Positions 8,927-18,357 of a stretch of DNA of 64,000 nucleotides are shown here, piece after piece. The notes beneath the pieces are model-generated. The model was not told the DNA's origin. It was given only the letters and a program-made list of their open reading frames with translations, and made no database searches. A program made the position numbers and the translations under genes. This DNA is from an uncultured Thermoplasmata archaeon (lineage in GTDB: Archaea > Thermoplasmatota > Thermoplasmata > RBG-16-68-12): the NCBI GenBank assembly GCA_963768855.1, contig CAVYJM010000006.1, forward strand, positions 704,001-768,000, given 5' to 3'. Every line of letters starts with the position of its first letter. The stretch's first letter is position 1.

Positions 8927-10018
8927 GTGCCCCGCATCGAAGCGGTCGACGTGGCCAAGCGGTTCGGCCGCATCACGGCCCTCGACACGACGAGCCTCAC
9001 GATCGAGGACGGCGAGTACGTAGCCATCCTGGGCCCGAGCGGATGCGGGAAGACGACCCTGATCAAGGTGCTGTCTGGGATCTGGCAGCCGACGGAGGGC
9101 CGGGTCCTCGTCGACGGCCGCGACGTGACCGCGCTCCCCGTCGAGGACCGCGACCTGGGCTACGTGTTCCAGAACATCGTCCTCTTCCCGCACATGGACG
9201 TGTGGCACAACGCCACATACGGCCCGTGGGTCCGCGACCACAAGAAGGACGAGGTCGACCACGTCGGTCGGGAGGTGCTCGAACTCGTCGACATGCTCGC
9301 GGACCGGGGCCTCTTCCCCGGCGAGCTGAGCACGGGCTCCCAGCAGAAGGTCGCCCTGGCCCGTGCCTTGGCGAACCACGCGAAGGTGCTGATGCTCGAC
9401 GAGCCGCTCTCTGGCCTCGACGCCCGCGTCCGGCTCGACCTGCGGTACGCGCTGCGTCGCGTCGTGAAGGATCTCGGTCTCACGGCGGTGCACGTGACCC
9501 ACGACCAGGAGGAAGCGATGTCCGTCGCGGACCGCGTGGTCGTCATGCGGAAGGGCGGGATCGTGGAATCCGGGCGGCCCGAGGATCTGTACGACCACCC
9601 GGGCAGCGTCTTCACCGCGAATTTCATCGGCGAGAGCAACTTCCTCGAGGGCGCCGTGCGGCGGGTCCGGGCGGACTGGGCGTTCGTGGAGTTCCGCAGC
9701 GGCTACATCCTCCGCGTCCCCGCGAAGGGGCTGATGGAAGGCGACCCCGTCGTCCTCGCCGCGCGGCCCGAGTGGCTCGAGATCTCGAAGGAAGGGTTCG
9801 GCAACGTGATCCCGGGCCGCGTCGAGGGCCGCCTCTTCCTGGGCGCGACCCAGCGCCTCCTGGTCCGTCTCTTCACCTACGATACGGTATCGGTCGACGC
9901 ACCAACCTCTCAAAGTCTTAATACAGCCCGGGATGTTATGGTCTCGTTCCGCGAGGCGAACATCCTGGTTTACCCCCGGCCGTACGAGGGTCTCCAGGAG
10001 GCGTTGAAACTTGAGTGA
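8927..10018 (+). CDS. Second ABC transporter ATP-binding protein (PotA/MalK-like)
   Basis: GPSGCGKTT, LSTGSQQK, LMLDEPL, HVTHDQEEA. Confidence 0.92.
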   Translation: MPRIEAVDVAKRFGRITALDTTSLTIEDGEYVAILGPSGCGKTTLIKVLSGIWQPTEGRVLVDGRDVTALPVEDRDLGYVFQNIVLFPHMDVWHNATYGPWVRDHKKDEVDHVGREVLELVDMLADRGLFPGELSTGSQQKVALARALANHAKVLMLDEPLSGLDARVRLDLRYALRRVVKDLGLTAVHVTHDQEEAMSVADRVVVMRKGGIVESGRPEDLYDHPGSVFTANFIGESNFLEGAVRRVRADWAFVEFRSGYILRVPAKGLMEGDPVVLAARPEWLEISKEGFGNVIPGRVEGRLFLGATQRLLVRLFTYDTVSVDAPTSQSLNTARDVMVSFREANILVYPRPYEGLQEALKLE

Positions 10019-10682
10019 GAAGTCCCAGCTTGAATGGTTCCGGAACCGGCGAGAGTCCCGCGCCTTGGCCATGGTGCGCGAGCACGTGACCAAGGTCGTC
10101 GATGCCGGGGCAGAGCTCGACAACGTGCTGGACGCCGCGGTCCGCGGACGCAAGGACGAGCTGGCCGCCGCGTTCAAGCGCCTCCTCATGGACGAGAAGG
10201 CCGCGGACAACGTCGAGATCAACCTCGTCGAGGAACTGAGCCGTGGCGAGCTGCCCGCGAAGGACCGGGAGGACCTGATGCGCCTCGTGTCGTCCGTCGA
10301 CTTGATCGCGGACTGGCTCAAGGTCAGCGGGAAGAACGTCGACCTGCTCCAGGAGACGGGCGTGACGATTCCGGCCGAGGTCTGGAGTTCGTTCAAGGAG
10401 ATGACGAAGAACACCCTGGACTGCGCTCGCTCCCTCAAGGCCATGATCGACGTCTACGGCCAGGACTACGACCGAATGATCAAGGCCCGCGATGAGGTCA
10501 AGCGCCTCGAGAACGTCGTGGACGACCTCTATTTCGAGAACCGCAAAATCCTCGTGAAGATCCACACGAATCCTGGGATCGTCGTGATCCTGAACGATCT
10601 CCTCGAGGGAATCGAAAACGCGACGGACTACTGCAAGCACTCGTCCGATACGTTGCTCAGCCTGGCTCTCCAGGGGCGCTAA
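10011..10682 (+). CDS. DUF47 (PhoU-like) protein, second paralog
   Basis: DEKAADNVE, ELPAKDREDLMRL, VDLIADW, VKRLENVVDD, IENATDYC. Confidence 0.85.
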   Translation: MSEKSQLEWFRNRRESRALAMVREHVTKVVDAGAELDNVLDAAVRGRKDELAAAFKRLLMDEKAADNVEINLVEELSRGELPAKDREDLMRLVSSVDLIADWLKVSGKNVDLLQETGVTIPAEVWSSFKEMTKNTLDCARSLKAMIDVYGQDYDRMIKARDEVKRLENVVDDLYFENRKILVKIHTNPGIVVILNDLLEGIENATDYCKHSSDTLLSLALQGR

Positions 10683-10685
10683 GGC

Positions 10686-11423
10686 TCACTCGGATTCGAT
10701 CCGAGGCGCCAAGAGGTACCTCACGTCACCCTTGCCGCCGGCGATCTTGAACTCCATCCGCACAGGGTAGTCCGTGCCCAGGTACAGCGCGACAGTCGGT
10801 GCCGTGCTGATCGCCTTCACCATGTTCGAGAAGTAGTCGAGCGGGAACAGGGAACGGACCGCGTCCTTCGCGGAGAGCTCCTCGAGGAGGTCCTTCGGCA
10901 CCATGTGCGACACCGTGTCCGTGTCGCCCTCGGACACAACCTCGAACCCTTCCGGGGAGGCCTTCAGGGCGATGTGGTCGCTCACGCTCTCGGACGCGCG
11001 GATCGCCTGGCGCAGCTCGTCCGTCCGGACCACGACCTTCGCGGGCAGGTTCAGGCTCGGCACCTTCGGGTCGCTCATCCCCGCTGTGTCCACGAGGGAC
11101 ATGCGCCGCGTCGTGTTGCCCACGGTCACCACGAGCCGGTTCTTGTCCTCGTCGTGGGCGATCGAGATGACCTCGCCCGCCTTCGCGAGCCGCAGGATCT
11201 CCTTCATCTTGTCCATGTCCAGGCCGAGCTCCGTCTCCTCCGCCTTGTACGACTCGAACGCCCCGCGGTCGAGGGAGAGGTCGACCATCGCGACGTGCGC
11301 AGGATCGACGGCCTTGATCGTGACGGAATCCTTGCCGACGTTCAACTTGGCCTCGTCGACCAAGGTCGAGATCACGTCGACCATTTCTCTAAGAACATCT
11401 GCTTTCAGCTTTGCCTCGAACAT
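10686..11423 (-). CDS. pcn: DNA polymerase sliding clamp PCNA
   Basis: AVDPAHVAMVDLSL, LGTDYPVRMEF, YLLAPRIE; 245 aa. Confidence 0.97.
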   Translation of the reverse strand: MFEAKLKADVLREMVDVISTLVDEAKLNVGKDSVTIKAVDPAHVAMVDLSLDRGAFESYKAEETELGLDMDKMKEILRLAKAGEVISIAHDEDKNRLVVTVGNTTRRMSLVDTAGMSDPKVPSLNLPAKVVVRTDELRQAIRASESVSDHIALKASPEGFEVVSEGDTDTVSHMVPKDLLEELSAKDAVRSLFPLDYFSNMVKAISTAPTVALYLGTDYPVRMEFKIAGGKGDVRYLLAPRIESE

Positions 11424-11504
11424 CCGTCTCCCCCGAAAGTTCGGCCGACAATCCGGTCAAGCATAATAAAGGTTCCCGGGAGGACGCTTTCGGCCTCCCC
11501 GCCC

Positions 11505-11819
11505 TCAGTATTCGCGCCAGGTGTGACCGCACTTCACGCAGCGGTAGATGCGCGTCGTCGGCTCGTCCGCGGCCCGTGTCTGCCGCATGACCCAGAACGC
11601 CTCGTAGTGCCCGCACTTCGGGCACTCGGCGCGCGTCTTCGGGAGCGTCTCCGTGATTTCGTCGAGCACGAGGGTCTCCGCGGGCTTCTCTTTCGTCTGC
11701 CGGACGACCTTGGTCACCGTGACGTCCTTGCCCGACGTGGAACGCTCCATGCCGCACGCGTTGCAGCGCAGCTTCCCGTCCACCGGGAACATGAGCGAGC
11801 CGCACTTGGGGCAGAACAT
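11505..11819 (-). CDS. tfs: Transcription factor S (TFS/RpoM family)
   Basis: ATG at 11819: MFCPKCGSLM...CNACG, CPKCGH, QTRAADEPTTRIYRCVKCGHTWREY. The longer ORF in the track over-extends the start. Confidence 0.95.
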   Translation of the reverse strand: MFCPKCGSLMFPVDGKLRCNACGMERSTSGKDVTVTKVVRQTKEKPAETLVLDEITETLPKTRAECPKCGHYEAFWVMRQTRAADEPTTRIYRCVKCGHTWREY

Positions 11820-11862
11820 CCGCGCGGTTCGGAGGGGCGCGTGCGATAAAAAGCTTGCGACA

Positions 11863-13011
11863 TCAGCGGGTCGGGTGCTCGTAGTGCTTGAGGGCGCGCT
11901 CGACGAACTTCTGGATGGCGACTTCCTCTTCGTGGCTGCGCTGCCTCGGCCGGTGCGCTTCCTGTGCCTCCCGGTGGGCCACCCGCTCCTCGTCTTCTTC
12001 GTCGTCCCCTTCGGATGCCGCGCGGGCCTTCCCGTGATGTTCCTGGGCGGCCGAGTGGGGCGCCCGGTGCGTGCGCGATGCGACAAGCTCTTCCTCCTCG
12101 GGCTCCTCGTCTTCCTCGTCGTCGCGCGCGCGGGAATGGGCCGCACGGCGGGCCGAACGGCTCTCGGATCCGTCTCCCCCGAGCTTTCGGTATTCCTCAA
12201 ACCGGACGGGGGAGCCGTGCCGGCGACGCTTCGGACCGGTGTGGATCTCCACCTGCCCGTGTCCGCGCGCGCGGGCCCGGACCGGGCGGCGCATCTCGCG
12301 GAGCTCCTCATCCTCCTCGTAGGACTCCTCGTCGTCGGCACCCCGGTGCCCGCCGAGGAGCGGCTGGATCAGGTTGAACCCGACCGACTGGCTCGACCCG
12401 CTCTTGTAGTAGAGCTCGCGGCGGGTCTGGTCGGCGATCAGGCCCCCGATGTAGGCGAAGATGACGACCATCAGGTATCCGTTCGTCCCCATGCCGAAGG
12501 TGCTCTGGAGGGCCCTCACGAACCCGGTCATGTAGCCGACGAGGAAGTCCTTGTACGGCATGAGGAACGGGAGGACGCTCGCCGCGCCGCCTGCGACGGC
12601 CTGGGGCAGGGAGGCCACGAGGTCGATTTGGGAGGAGCCGACGCCGCGGGTGTAGGCCGTGTTCGCGATCAGGACGATCGCGACCGGGAGGATCGCAGCC
12701 ATGACGCCCTTGATCGCCGATCCCGAGCGTCGTCCGCCGACATAGCCCGCAATCATCGGACCGGCCGGCTGGATCCACCACAGGAGAAACGAGAGGATCA
12801 GGATGACCCGCGCGGACGACCAGAAGGAGAACGGCGGGCCCTCCCCGCGCATGCGCTGGGATTCCCCGTCGACCTGGATGCGGTAGGCGTTCGGGTTCCC
12901 GCGCCCCTGGCGCGGCGACTTGCCCTTCCACGCACCCTTGGGCTCCTCCTCCTCATCGTCGTCTTCGGAACGGTGGGACCCGAGGAGCCAGCGGAGTACA
13001 CCCATGCCCAT
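11863..13011 (-). CDS. Hypothetical membrane protein with charged low-complexity N- and C-terminal tails
   Basis: ATG at 13011 with GAAGGG upstream; hydrophobic core with GPMIAGYVGGRRSGS; long E/D/R-rich tail. Confidence 0.75.
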   Translation of the reverse strand: MGMGVLRWLLGSHRSEDDDEEEEPKGAWKGKSPRQGRGNPNAYRIQVDGESQRMRGEGPPFSFWSSARVILILSFLLWWIQPAGPMIAGYVGGRRSGSAIKGVMAAILPVAIVLIANTAYTRGVGSSQIDLVASLPQAVAGGAASVLPFLMPYKDFLVGYMTGFVRALQSTFGMGTNGYLMVVIFAYIGGLIADQTRRELYYKSGSSQSVGFNLIQPLLGGHRGADDEESYEEDEELREMRRPVRARARGHGQVEIHTGPKRRRHGSPVRFEEYRKLGGDGSESRSARRAAHSRARDDEEDEEPEEEELVASRTHRAPHSAAQEHHGKARAASEGDDEEDEERVAHREAQEAHRPRQRSHEEEVAIQKFVERALKHYEHPTR

Positions 13012-13109
13012 CCCTTCAAGGTCGGTCGGACCTTTGTCTGACAGCCTCATGGGCCGACCGCGCTATTAATAGCTTCGGCGGGGCGCCGCGCGTTGACAAA
13101 ACGACGCGC

Positions 13110-14840
13110 TCAAGGACGGAGGACGACCTGGAAGGGGAAGTCCACGGGCGTGCCGGCCGGTCCCCGCACCTCGCCGCGGAGCTGCCACGTGCCCGCGGCA
13201 TTGAGGACCGGGGAGTCGATGAAGTAGTGGTTCCCGTGCGGCCCCTCGAGGGGCAGCGTGACCCACGTGCCGTTCCCGCCCTCGAGGAGGAACGAAAGCG
13301 TGGCGTTGCCCCCCTGGAGATACGCGGTCCCGTTGCCCTCGTAGTAGACGATGAGCTGGAAAATGTAGTCCCCCGGACTCCCGGGCCAGGGGTTCATCTG
13401 GAAGAGGGCGTACAAGCCGCCGCTCGTCGCGTCCAGGGTGAACGTTGGGTTCGACGGCGCGGGCGCCGCGGCCGGGTTCATCGTCGCCAGGAGTCCCGCC
13501 ATCACGAGGACGACGGCTCCCATGACGGCCTCCCAACGCACGACGCGCGAGACCCGCTGGACCTTCGGCGCGCCGAGCTTCTCCGAGGAGACCGCCGGTC
13601 CGAGGGCTCGGTGGTTCCAGGCGCCGAGGAGGACCATCGGGACCAGGAGCCCGGTCTTCGCCAGGATGACCCAGCCGTAGCCCGTGCCGGTCAGGGCGTC
13701 CAGGGTGCCGAGCAAGACGACGGCGAGGATGGCCCCTGCGGAGACCACCATGCCGGCGCCGAGGAGGGCGAGCCGCGAGAAGGCCCGGAGGATCCCGACC
13801 GAGAACTCGGGAGGCGCGGGTTCCTTGAGCCACCCGCGGGTGCGAAGGAGGGCGAGGAGTCCTCCGACCCACAGGCTTGCTCCGTACAGGTGGATGGCGT
13901 CCGCGATCGGCGCAAGGGGCCACCATGCCGTCGCCGTCGCGCTGTGACTCGCCGCAACCTCGGCGAGGATGATCAGGAACCCGGAGAACAAGATCGGGAG
14001 GAACTCCCACGGCCGCTCGTCGAGGATCCGGCCTGGGTCGGATCGGGACAGGACGTGCGTGATCAGGATCACAAGGACGAGCCCGAGCGCGAGCTGAGAC
14101 GCGAGGGAGAGGAGGAAGACGGACCCGACGGCCGCGGCGGCACTGGCGGGCGGCGAGAGGATCAGGTTCTCCGCCCACAGGCCCGCGACGGCCACTGCGA
14201 ACACGGCGGCCCCCAGCCGGGCGAACCGAAGGAGGGCTCGCAGGCCGTCGGCCACCTGGGTGCGATCGGCGGTCTCCAGGGAGGAACCGATCGGGATCCA
14301 AAGGAGCCCCGCGAGGAGGCTCCCCCCGAACGCGACCGAGAAGCCCACGAAGTCCGCGGCTTGGAGGCCCACGTCGAGGGGCGAGACGGGCTGGCTCACC
14401 CCCAGGGTCCCGGTCTGCGGAAAGGTGCCCGGCAGCGTCCCGTTCCGATAGGACACCATGAAATAGAATGTGCCCGCGGTGAAGTGCCCGTCGTCCGCGG
14501 AGACGAGGCTCCAGGTCACCGTGTAGACGCTCGGGCCGATGCCACTGAGGAGATGGACCGTGAACGTCGTCGGGTCCGCGGACGAGAGCTGGACGGGGCC
14601 CGAGTCGACCCTCGCGTCCGAGCTGTTCGTCACCGTGATGGTCGGGGAGCCCGGCTGCACCGCCTCGGAGACGGTCACGCTGACGTACGTCGGGGAGACG
14701 TTCCAGATGTCGTAGGGCGCGGGAGTCGATGCGATGAATTCCGCGTGGCCTGCGACGAGCGGCGCGGCAGCGAGGAGTCCAACGGCAACGAGGGTGGCGA
14801 AGGCCGCGAACGCGCACGCTACGGACCGACGGGAGCGCAT
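13110..14840 (-). CDS. Copper resistance/uptake CopC-CopD fusion with a C-terminal YtkA-like domain
   Basis: Signal peptide then HAEFIASTP (His at mature N-terminus), WSLVSADDGH, CopD segments ASHSA, IHLYGASLWVGG, YGWVILAK; C-terminal HGNHY...GTWQL. Confidence 0.85.
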   Translation of the reverse strand: MRSRRSVACAFAAFATLVAVGLLAAAPLVAGHAEFIASTPAPYDIWNVSPTYVSVTVSEAVQPGSPTITVTNSSDARVDSGPVQLSSADPTTFTVHLLSGIGPSVYTVTWSLVSADDGHFTAGTFYFMVSYRNGTLPGTFPQTGTLGVSQPVSPLDVGLQAADFVGFSVAFGGSLLAGLLWIPIGSSLETADRTQVADGLRALLRFARLGAAVFAVAVAGLWAENLILSPPASAAAAVGSVFLLSLASQLALGLVLVILITHVLSRSDPGRILDERPWEFLPILFSGFLIILAEVAASHSATATAWWPLAPIADAIHLYGASLWVGGLLALLRTRGWLKEPAPPEFSVGILRAFSRLALLGAGMVVSAGAILAVVLLGTLDALTGTGYGWVILAKTGLLVPMVLLGAWNHRALGPAVSSEKLGAPKVQRVSRVVRWEAVMGAVVLVMAGLLATMNPAAAPAPSNPTFTLDATSGGLYALFQMNPWPGSPGDYIFQLIVYYEGNGTAYLQGGNATLSFLLEGGNGTWVTLPLEGPHGNHYFIDSPVLNAAGTWQLRGEVRGPAGTPVDFPFQVVLRP

Positions 14841-15000
14841 GTCTGCGGTCACCCTATCCTCCGGTTGTAGATGTACTGTTCCCCCCTTTCCGCCAGATCG
14901 GACGCACGTCCGGGGATCGACGGGTCCCCCTCGACGGACCGAGACATTACGCCCCCTTGCGTCAGAAGGCATAAGTGCCACGAGGGCGATGCATCTGCTA

Positions 15001-15432
15001 ATGGTCCTCTACGCCAAGGACATCGTCGAAAAGGACATCCTGGCCGTACCGGCCGGAACCTCCGTGCTCGAGGCCGCGAGGGCGATGCGGGACGGACGCC
15101 ACGGCTTCGTGATCGTGGCGACCGCGGACGGAAAGCCGGAAGGCATCGCCACGGAGTGGGACTTCCTCGCGCGTGTGGTTGCGGAGGACCGCGACCCCGA
15201 GGCCGTCCGGCTCGAGGAGATCATGACCCGCAACCTCGTGTCCGTGGACCCGGCGGTGGGCATCGACAAGGTCGCACAGATCATGGTCAGCCAGGGCACG
15301 CGGCGGGTCCTCGTGGTCAAGGATGGCAAGATCCTGGGCGTCATCGAGGCCAAGACGATCCTCGCGCGGATGAAGGAGTACGTCGATCGCCTGAGCGCCC
15401 AGATCGCGCGGACCCAGACGCCGATGTTTTGA
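15001..15432 (+). CDS. CBS-domain pair protein
   Basis: SVLEAARAM, GIATEWDF, LEEIMTRNLVSV, KILGVI. Confidence 0.88.
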   Translation: MVLYAKDIVEKDILAVPAGTSVLEAARAMRDGRHGFVIVATADGKPEGIATEWDFLARVVAEDRDPEAVRLEEIMTRNLVSVDPAVGIDKVAQIMVSQGTRRVLVVKDGKILGVIEAKTILARMKEYVDRLSAQIARTQTPMF

Positions 15433-15435
15433 GGC

Positions 15436-15768
15436 TCAGCCCTTGGCCCGGTAGCGGTCCGGGTCGTCGAAGAAGTCGATGACCCGAGCCCCTTTCTTGA
15501 GGATGGCCGAATGGGGGGTGCCGGCCGGGATGTAATACTCGTCGCCTCGCCGGCACCTGCGGACCTTCGAGCCGATCGTGAGGCGCAGCTCGCCCTCGAG
15601 CACGACCCCCCACTGTCCGCCATGGCGGTGCTCGGGGACCGCGGTGTCCCGCGTCGCCTCCCAGAAGATGGCGGAGGCGGTCGGTCCGCGCAGGAGACGA
15701 ACGGCCACACCGGGGATCGGAACGTCGGCCTCGGGGAGGGTTCGGAAGAGTTCGGGGAAGGGAGCCAT
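15436..15768 (-). CDS. Cupin-domain protein
   Basis: VPEHRHGGQWGVVLEGE...GDEYYIPAGTPHS. Confidence 0.88.
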   Translation of the reverse strand: MAPFPELFRTLPEADVPIPGVAVRLLRGPTASAIFWEATRDTAVPEHRHGGQWGVVLEGELRLTIGSKVRRCRRGDEYYIPAGTPHSAILKKGARVIDFFDDPDRYRAKG

Positions 15769-15838
15769 GTCCCTCCATGTCCGGGTGCCACAAGAACCTG
15801 CACCTGCGCGGTTGGGCACAAGACAGGAGGCCCGCCGC

Positions 15839-16063
15839 CTAGGATTTTCGCCTCGCGTCCTCGAGGTGTTCCACCTTAATCGCAACGTTTGGTTTGATGC
15901 CGGCTAGCGCAGGCAGGATGTGATTCAGGACTTGCTCTGCAGTCGCCCGGAACGTTCGGCCACGGGTACTCACCTTTACCCAGCCGGCTTTGTCGCGGTA
16001 ATAGCGCTCAGTAGAGGTCTTGATGCTAATCAAGATGACATAGCTGTCATTGGCTAGGTTCAT
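15839..16063 (-). CDS. Small hypothetical protein (74 aa)
   Basis: ATG preceded by GAGGGTG; protein-like sequence; lower GC than neighbours. Confidence 0.65.
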   Translation of the reverse strand: MNLANDSYVILISIKTSTERYYRDKAGWVKVSTRGRTFRATAEQVLNHILPALAGIKPNVAIKVEHLEDARRKS

Positions 16064-16259
16064 TCACACCCTCTCCGGGTTCTCTCTATCTCCGCCCCTA
16101 TGGTGCGAGCAGGTGGGACGGCATTCAGGAGCAAGGGATGGCCGGGTCAGGCCAGGAATCTTTCGGTTGAGTTCCCAGATCGGGTCCCAGCTTGTCTACA
16201 ACCCCGGTCGTTTGTTGTGCACCAGCTTGCGGATTTCTCAAGTGGCTAAAGGAAAAGGT

Positions 16260-16289
16260 CCGTCCTCATGGGCGGGCATGAGGGGACGG
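16260..16289 (-). terminator. Stem-loop downstream of tRNA-Tyr
   Basis: Inverted repeat CCGTCCTCATG-GGCGGG-CATGAG-GG-GACGG, followed by CTTTTCCTTT on the minus strand. Confidence 0.35.
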
Positions 16290-16363
16290 AGACCTCCGAG
16301 AAACGCCTACCGCGACGCGAAATCGCCGACCCCCTACTTGAGGTCGCAAAATAGGGAGAGGAG

Positions 16364-16477
16364 TCCCGCCTCCCGGATTTGAACCGGGGGCCTGATGATG
16401 CCAGCGGGCACCGCGGACGCCCTGTCCGCGGGAGCACTCTACAGTCACCCGCTCTGACCAGGCTGAGCTAAGGCGGG
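16364..16477 (-). tRNA. tRNA-Tyr(GTA) with a 39-nt canonical 37/38 intron (16400-16438)
   Basis: Acceptor CCCGCCT/AGGCGGG-A (C1-G72, A73 typical of archaeal Tyr), D arm GCTCAGCCTGGTCAGAGC, anticodon loop CT-GTA-G|intron|A, T loop GGTTCAAATCC. Confidence 0.95.
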
Positions 16478-16537
16478 ACGAGCGACGAACGGTTCTCCCG
16501 ATAAAAAGGTTGTCTAGGACTCGCGCCCCGAATGGAG

Positions 16538-16611
16538 TGCCGCGGGCCGGGCTCGAACCGGCGACTTCGAGATCTTCAGTCTCGCACTCTCCCAAACTGA
16601 GTTACCGCGGC
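16538..16611 (-). tRNA. tRNA-Phe(GAA)
   Basis: GCCGCGG acceptor, anticodon arm CGAGA-CTGAAGA-TCTCG, T loop GGTTCGAGCCC. Confidence 0.96.
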
Positions 16612-16725
16612 GCGACGCGACCGAACGGTTGGCGGGAGAAATAGTTTGCCCTGCCCGTCTTCAGACCTCCCGTCCTGAGGGGGCTGACCTGCAACCTTAT
16701 CGTCTCCCCGTCCATCCCCGCGGCG

Positions 16726-18146
16726 ATGAAGGAAATCGCGCCTCCCGAAGTGTACCGCGCCCTCGAGCAGCGTTTCCCCGAGGGACTCGAGAAGACCCGC
16801 CAGCTCCTGCGCCAGCCGAGCGTCAGTGCGACGGGGGAGGGGATTCCCGAGTGCGCCGAGATGGTCCGCTCGCATCTCGCCGAGCTGGGATGCAAGACGA
16901 AGACCTTCGCCAAGGGTGGGCACCCGCTCGTCATCGGCTATCTGGACGTCGGGGCGGACACGACCCTCGTCGAATACGAGATGTACGATGTGCAGCCCGT
17001 GGGGGACCTGAAGACATGGCGCTCGCCGCCGTTCGCGGCGGAGATCCACGACGTCGAAGCGGTCGGCCCGTCGGTCGTCTCCCGCGGCTCGACGAACTCC
17101 AAGGGGGCGCTCATGGGCCATCTCCACACGTGGAGGGTGATCCGCGACGTGGACGAGCTGCCCGTGAATCTGAAGATCCTGGCGGAGGGCGAAGAAGAGA
17201 TCAGCAGCGCGAACTTCATCGAGTTCATCCGCACGCACCGCCCTGAGCTCAAGGCGGACGCCGCGATCGCGAACGACTACACGGAGGACCTGCGAGGCGT
17301 CCCGACCGTTTACCTCGGAGTCAAGGGATGTCTCTACCTGACGGTCTGGTCACGGGGCAACCCGAAGAAGGGCGGGCCCATGGAGAGCCGAGATTCACAG
17401 CTCGAACGCGGTGTGGATCAACTCCCCGGTCTGGCGGCTCGTGCAGGCCCTCGACACGCTCGTCGACCGCAAGACCCAGCGGCCGATCGTCGAAGGCTTC
17501 TGGGACGATGTGCGCCCGCCGACCAGGCGGGACCTCGAGATGGTCCGCACGCTCTCCAAGAGGTTCGACCCGAAGGCCTGGCTCCGCGAGGAGCGCACGG
17601 CCAAGTTCAAGTACGATCTCCCCAAGGCGAAGCTCCTGCGGAAGTATCTCTTCGATCCGACGATCAACCTCTGCGGCATCTATGCCGGCTACATCGACCA
17701 CGGCGGCACGAAGACCGTCCTGCCGCATGAGGCATACGCGAAGATCGACATCCGGCTCGTGAAGGACATGACGGTCGAGGGCACGTTGCGCAAGCTCCGC
17801 GCCCACCTCAAGAAGCACGGGTTCGAGGACCTCGAGATCCAGGTGCACGGACCGTACGGAGCGGCGAAGACGGACCCCGACTCTTGGATCGCGAAGGCGG
17901 CCGTCGACGCGGTGCGCGCCCATGACCGGGAACCGGAGGTGTGGCCCACGAGCGCGGGGCACGATGCCCGCGTTCGCCTTCGACGAGTACCTGAAGCTTC
18001 CCTGGGTCGCGTCGGGACTCGGTCACGGATCCGGCGCCCATGCGCCGAATGAGTACGCCTCGATCGACGGGATGAAGAGGTTCATGCTCGGCGAGGCGAC
18101 CCTCGTCTACGCCGCGGCGAAGATGCATTCCGCTCGCCGGTCCTGA
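16726..18146 (+). pseudogene. M20/M25/M40 (ArgE/DapE-like) peptidase split by two +1 frameshifts (pseudogene or assembly error)
   Basis: Domain pieces lie in three frames (YDVQP, EGEEEISS, IHS, DIRLV, AHAPNE). Removing one C at 17388-17389 and one G at 17956-17959 restores a continuous frame. Confidence 0.85.
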
Positions 18147-18289
18147 GCGGATGCATTTCGGGGCTGGCAATTGTACGAAAACGGTCGATTCGCGCCCTGA
18201 AAATGACCACGAATTTTCCGCCCCGTCGAACCGCGCGTCCTATGGAGAAAATCGACTCATTCTCACTCGTGGAATTTCAGCACGACACC

Positions 18290-18297
18290 TATAAATA
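18290..18297 (+). promoter_or_regulatory. TATA box upstream of the pilin/T4P operon
   Basis: TATAAATA about 60 nt before the likely ATG at 18358. Confidence 0.5.
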
Positions 18298-18357
18298 GCG
18301 TTACCCGGGTTGGCGCGACGTAATGCCCACCGGAGAGGGTTCTATACAGGTGACTCG

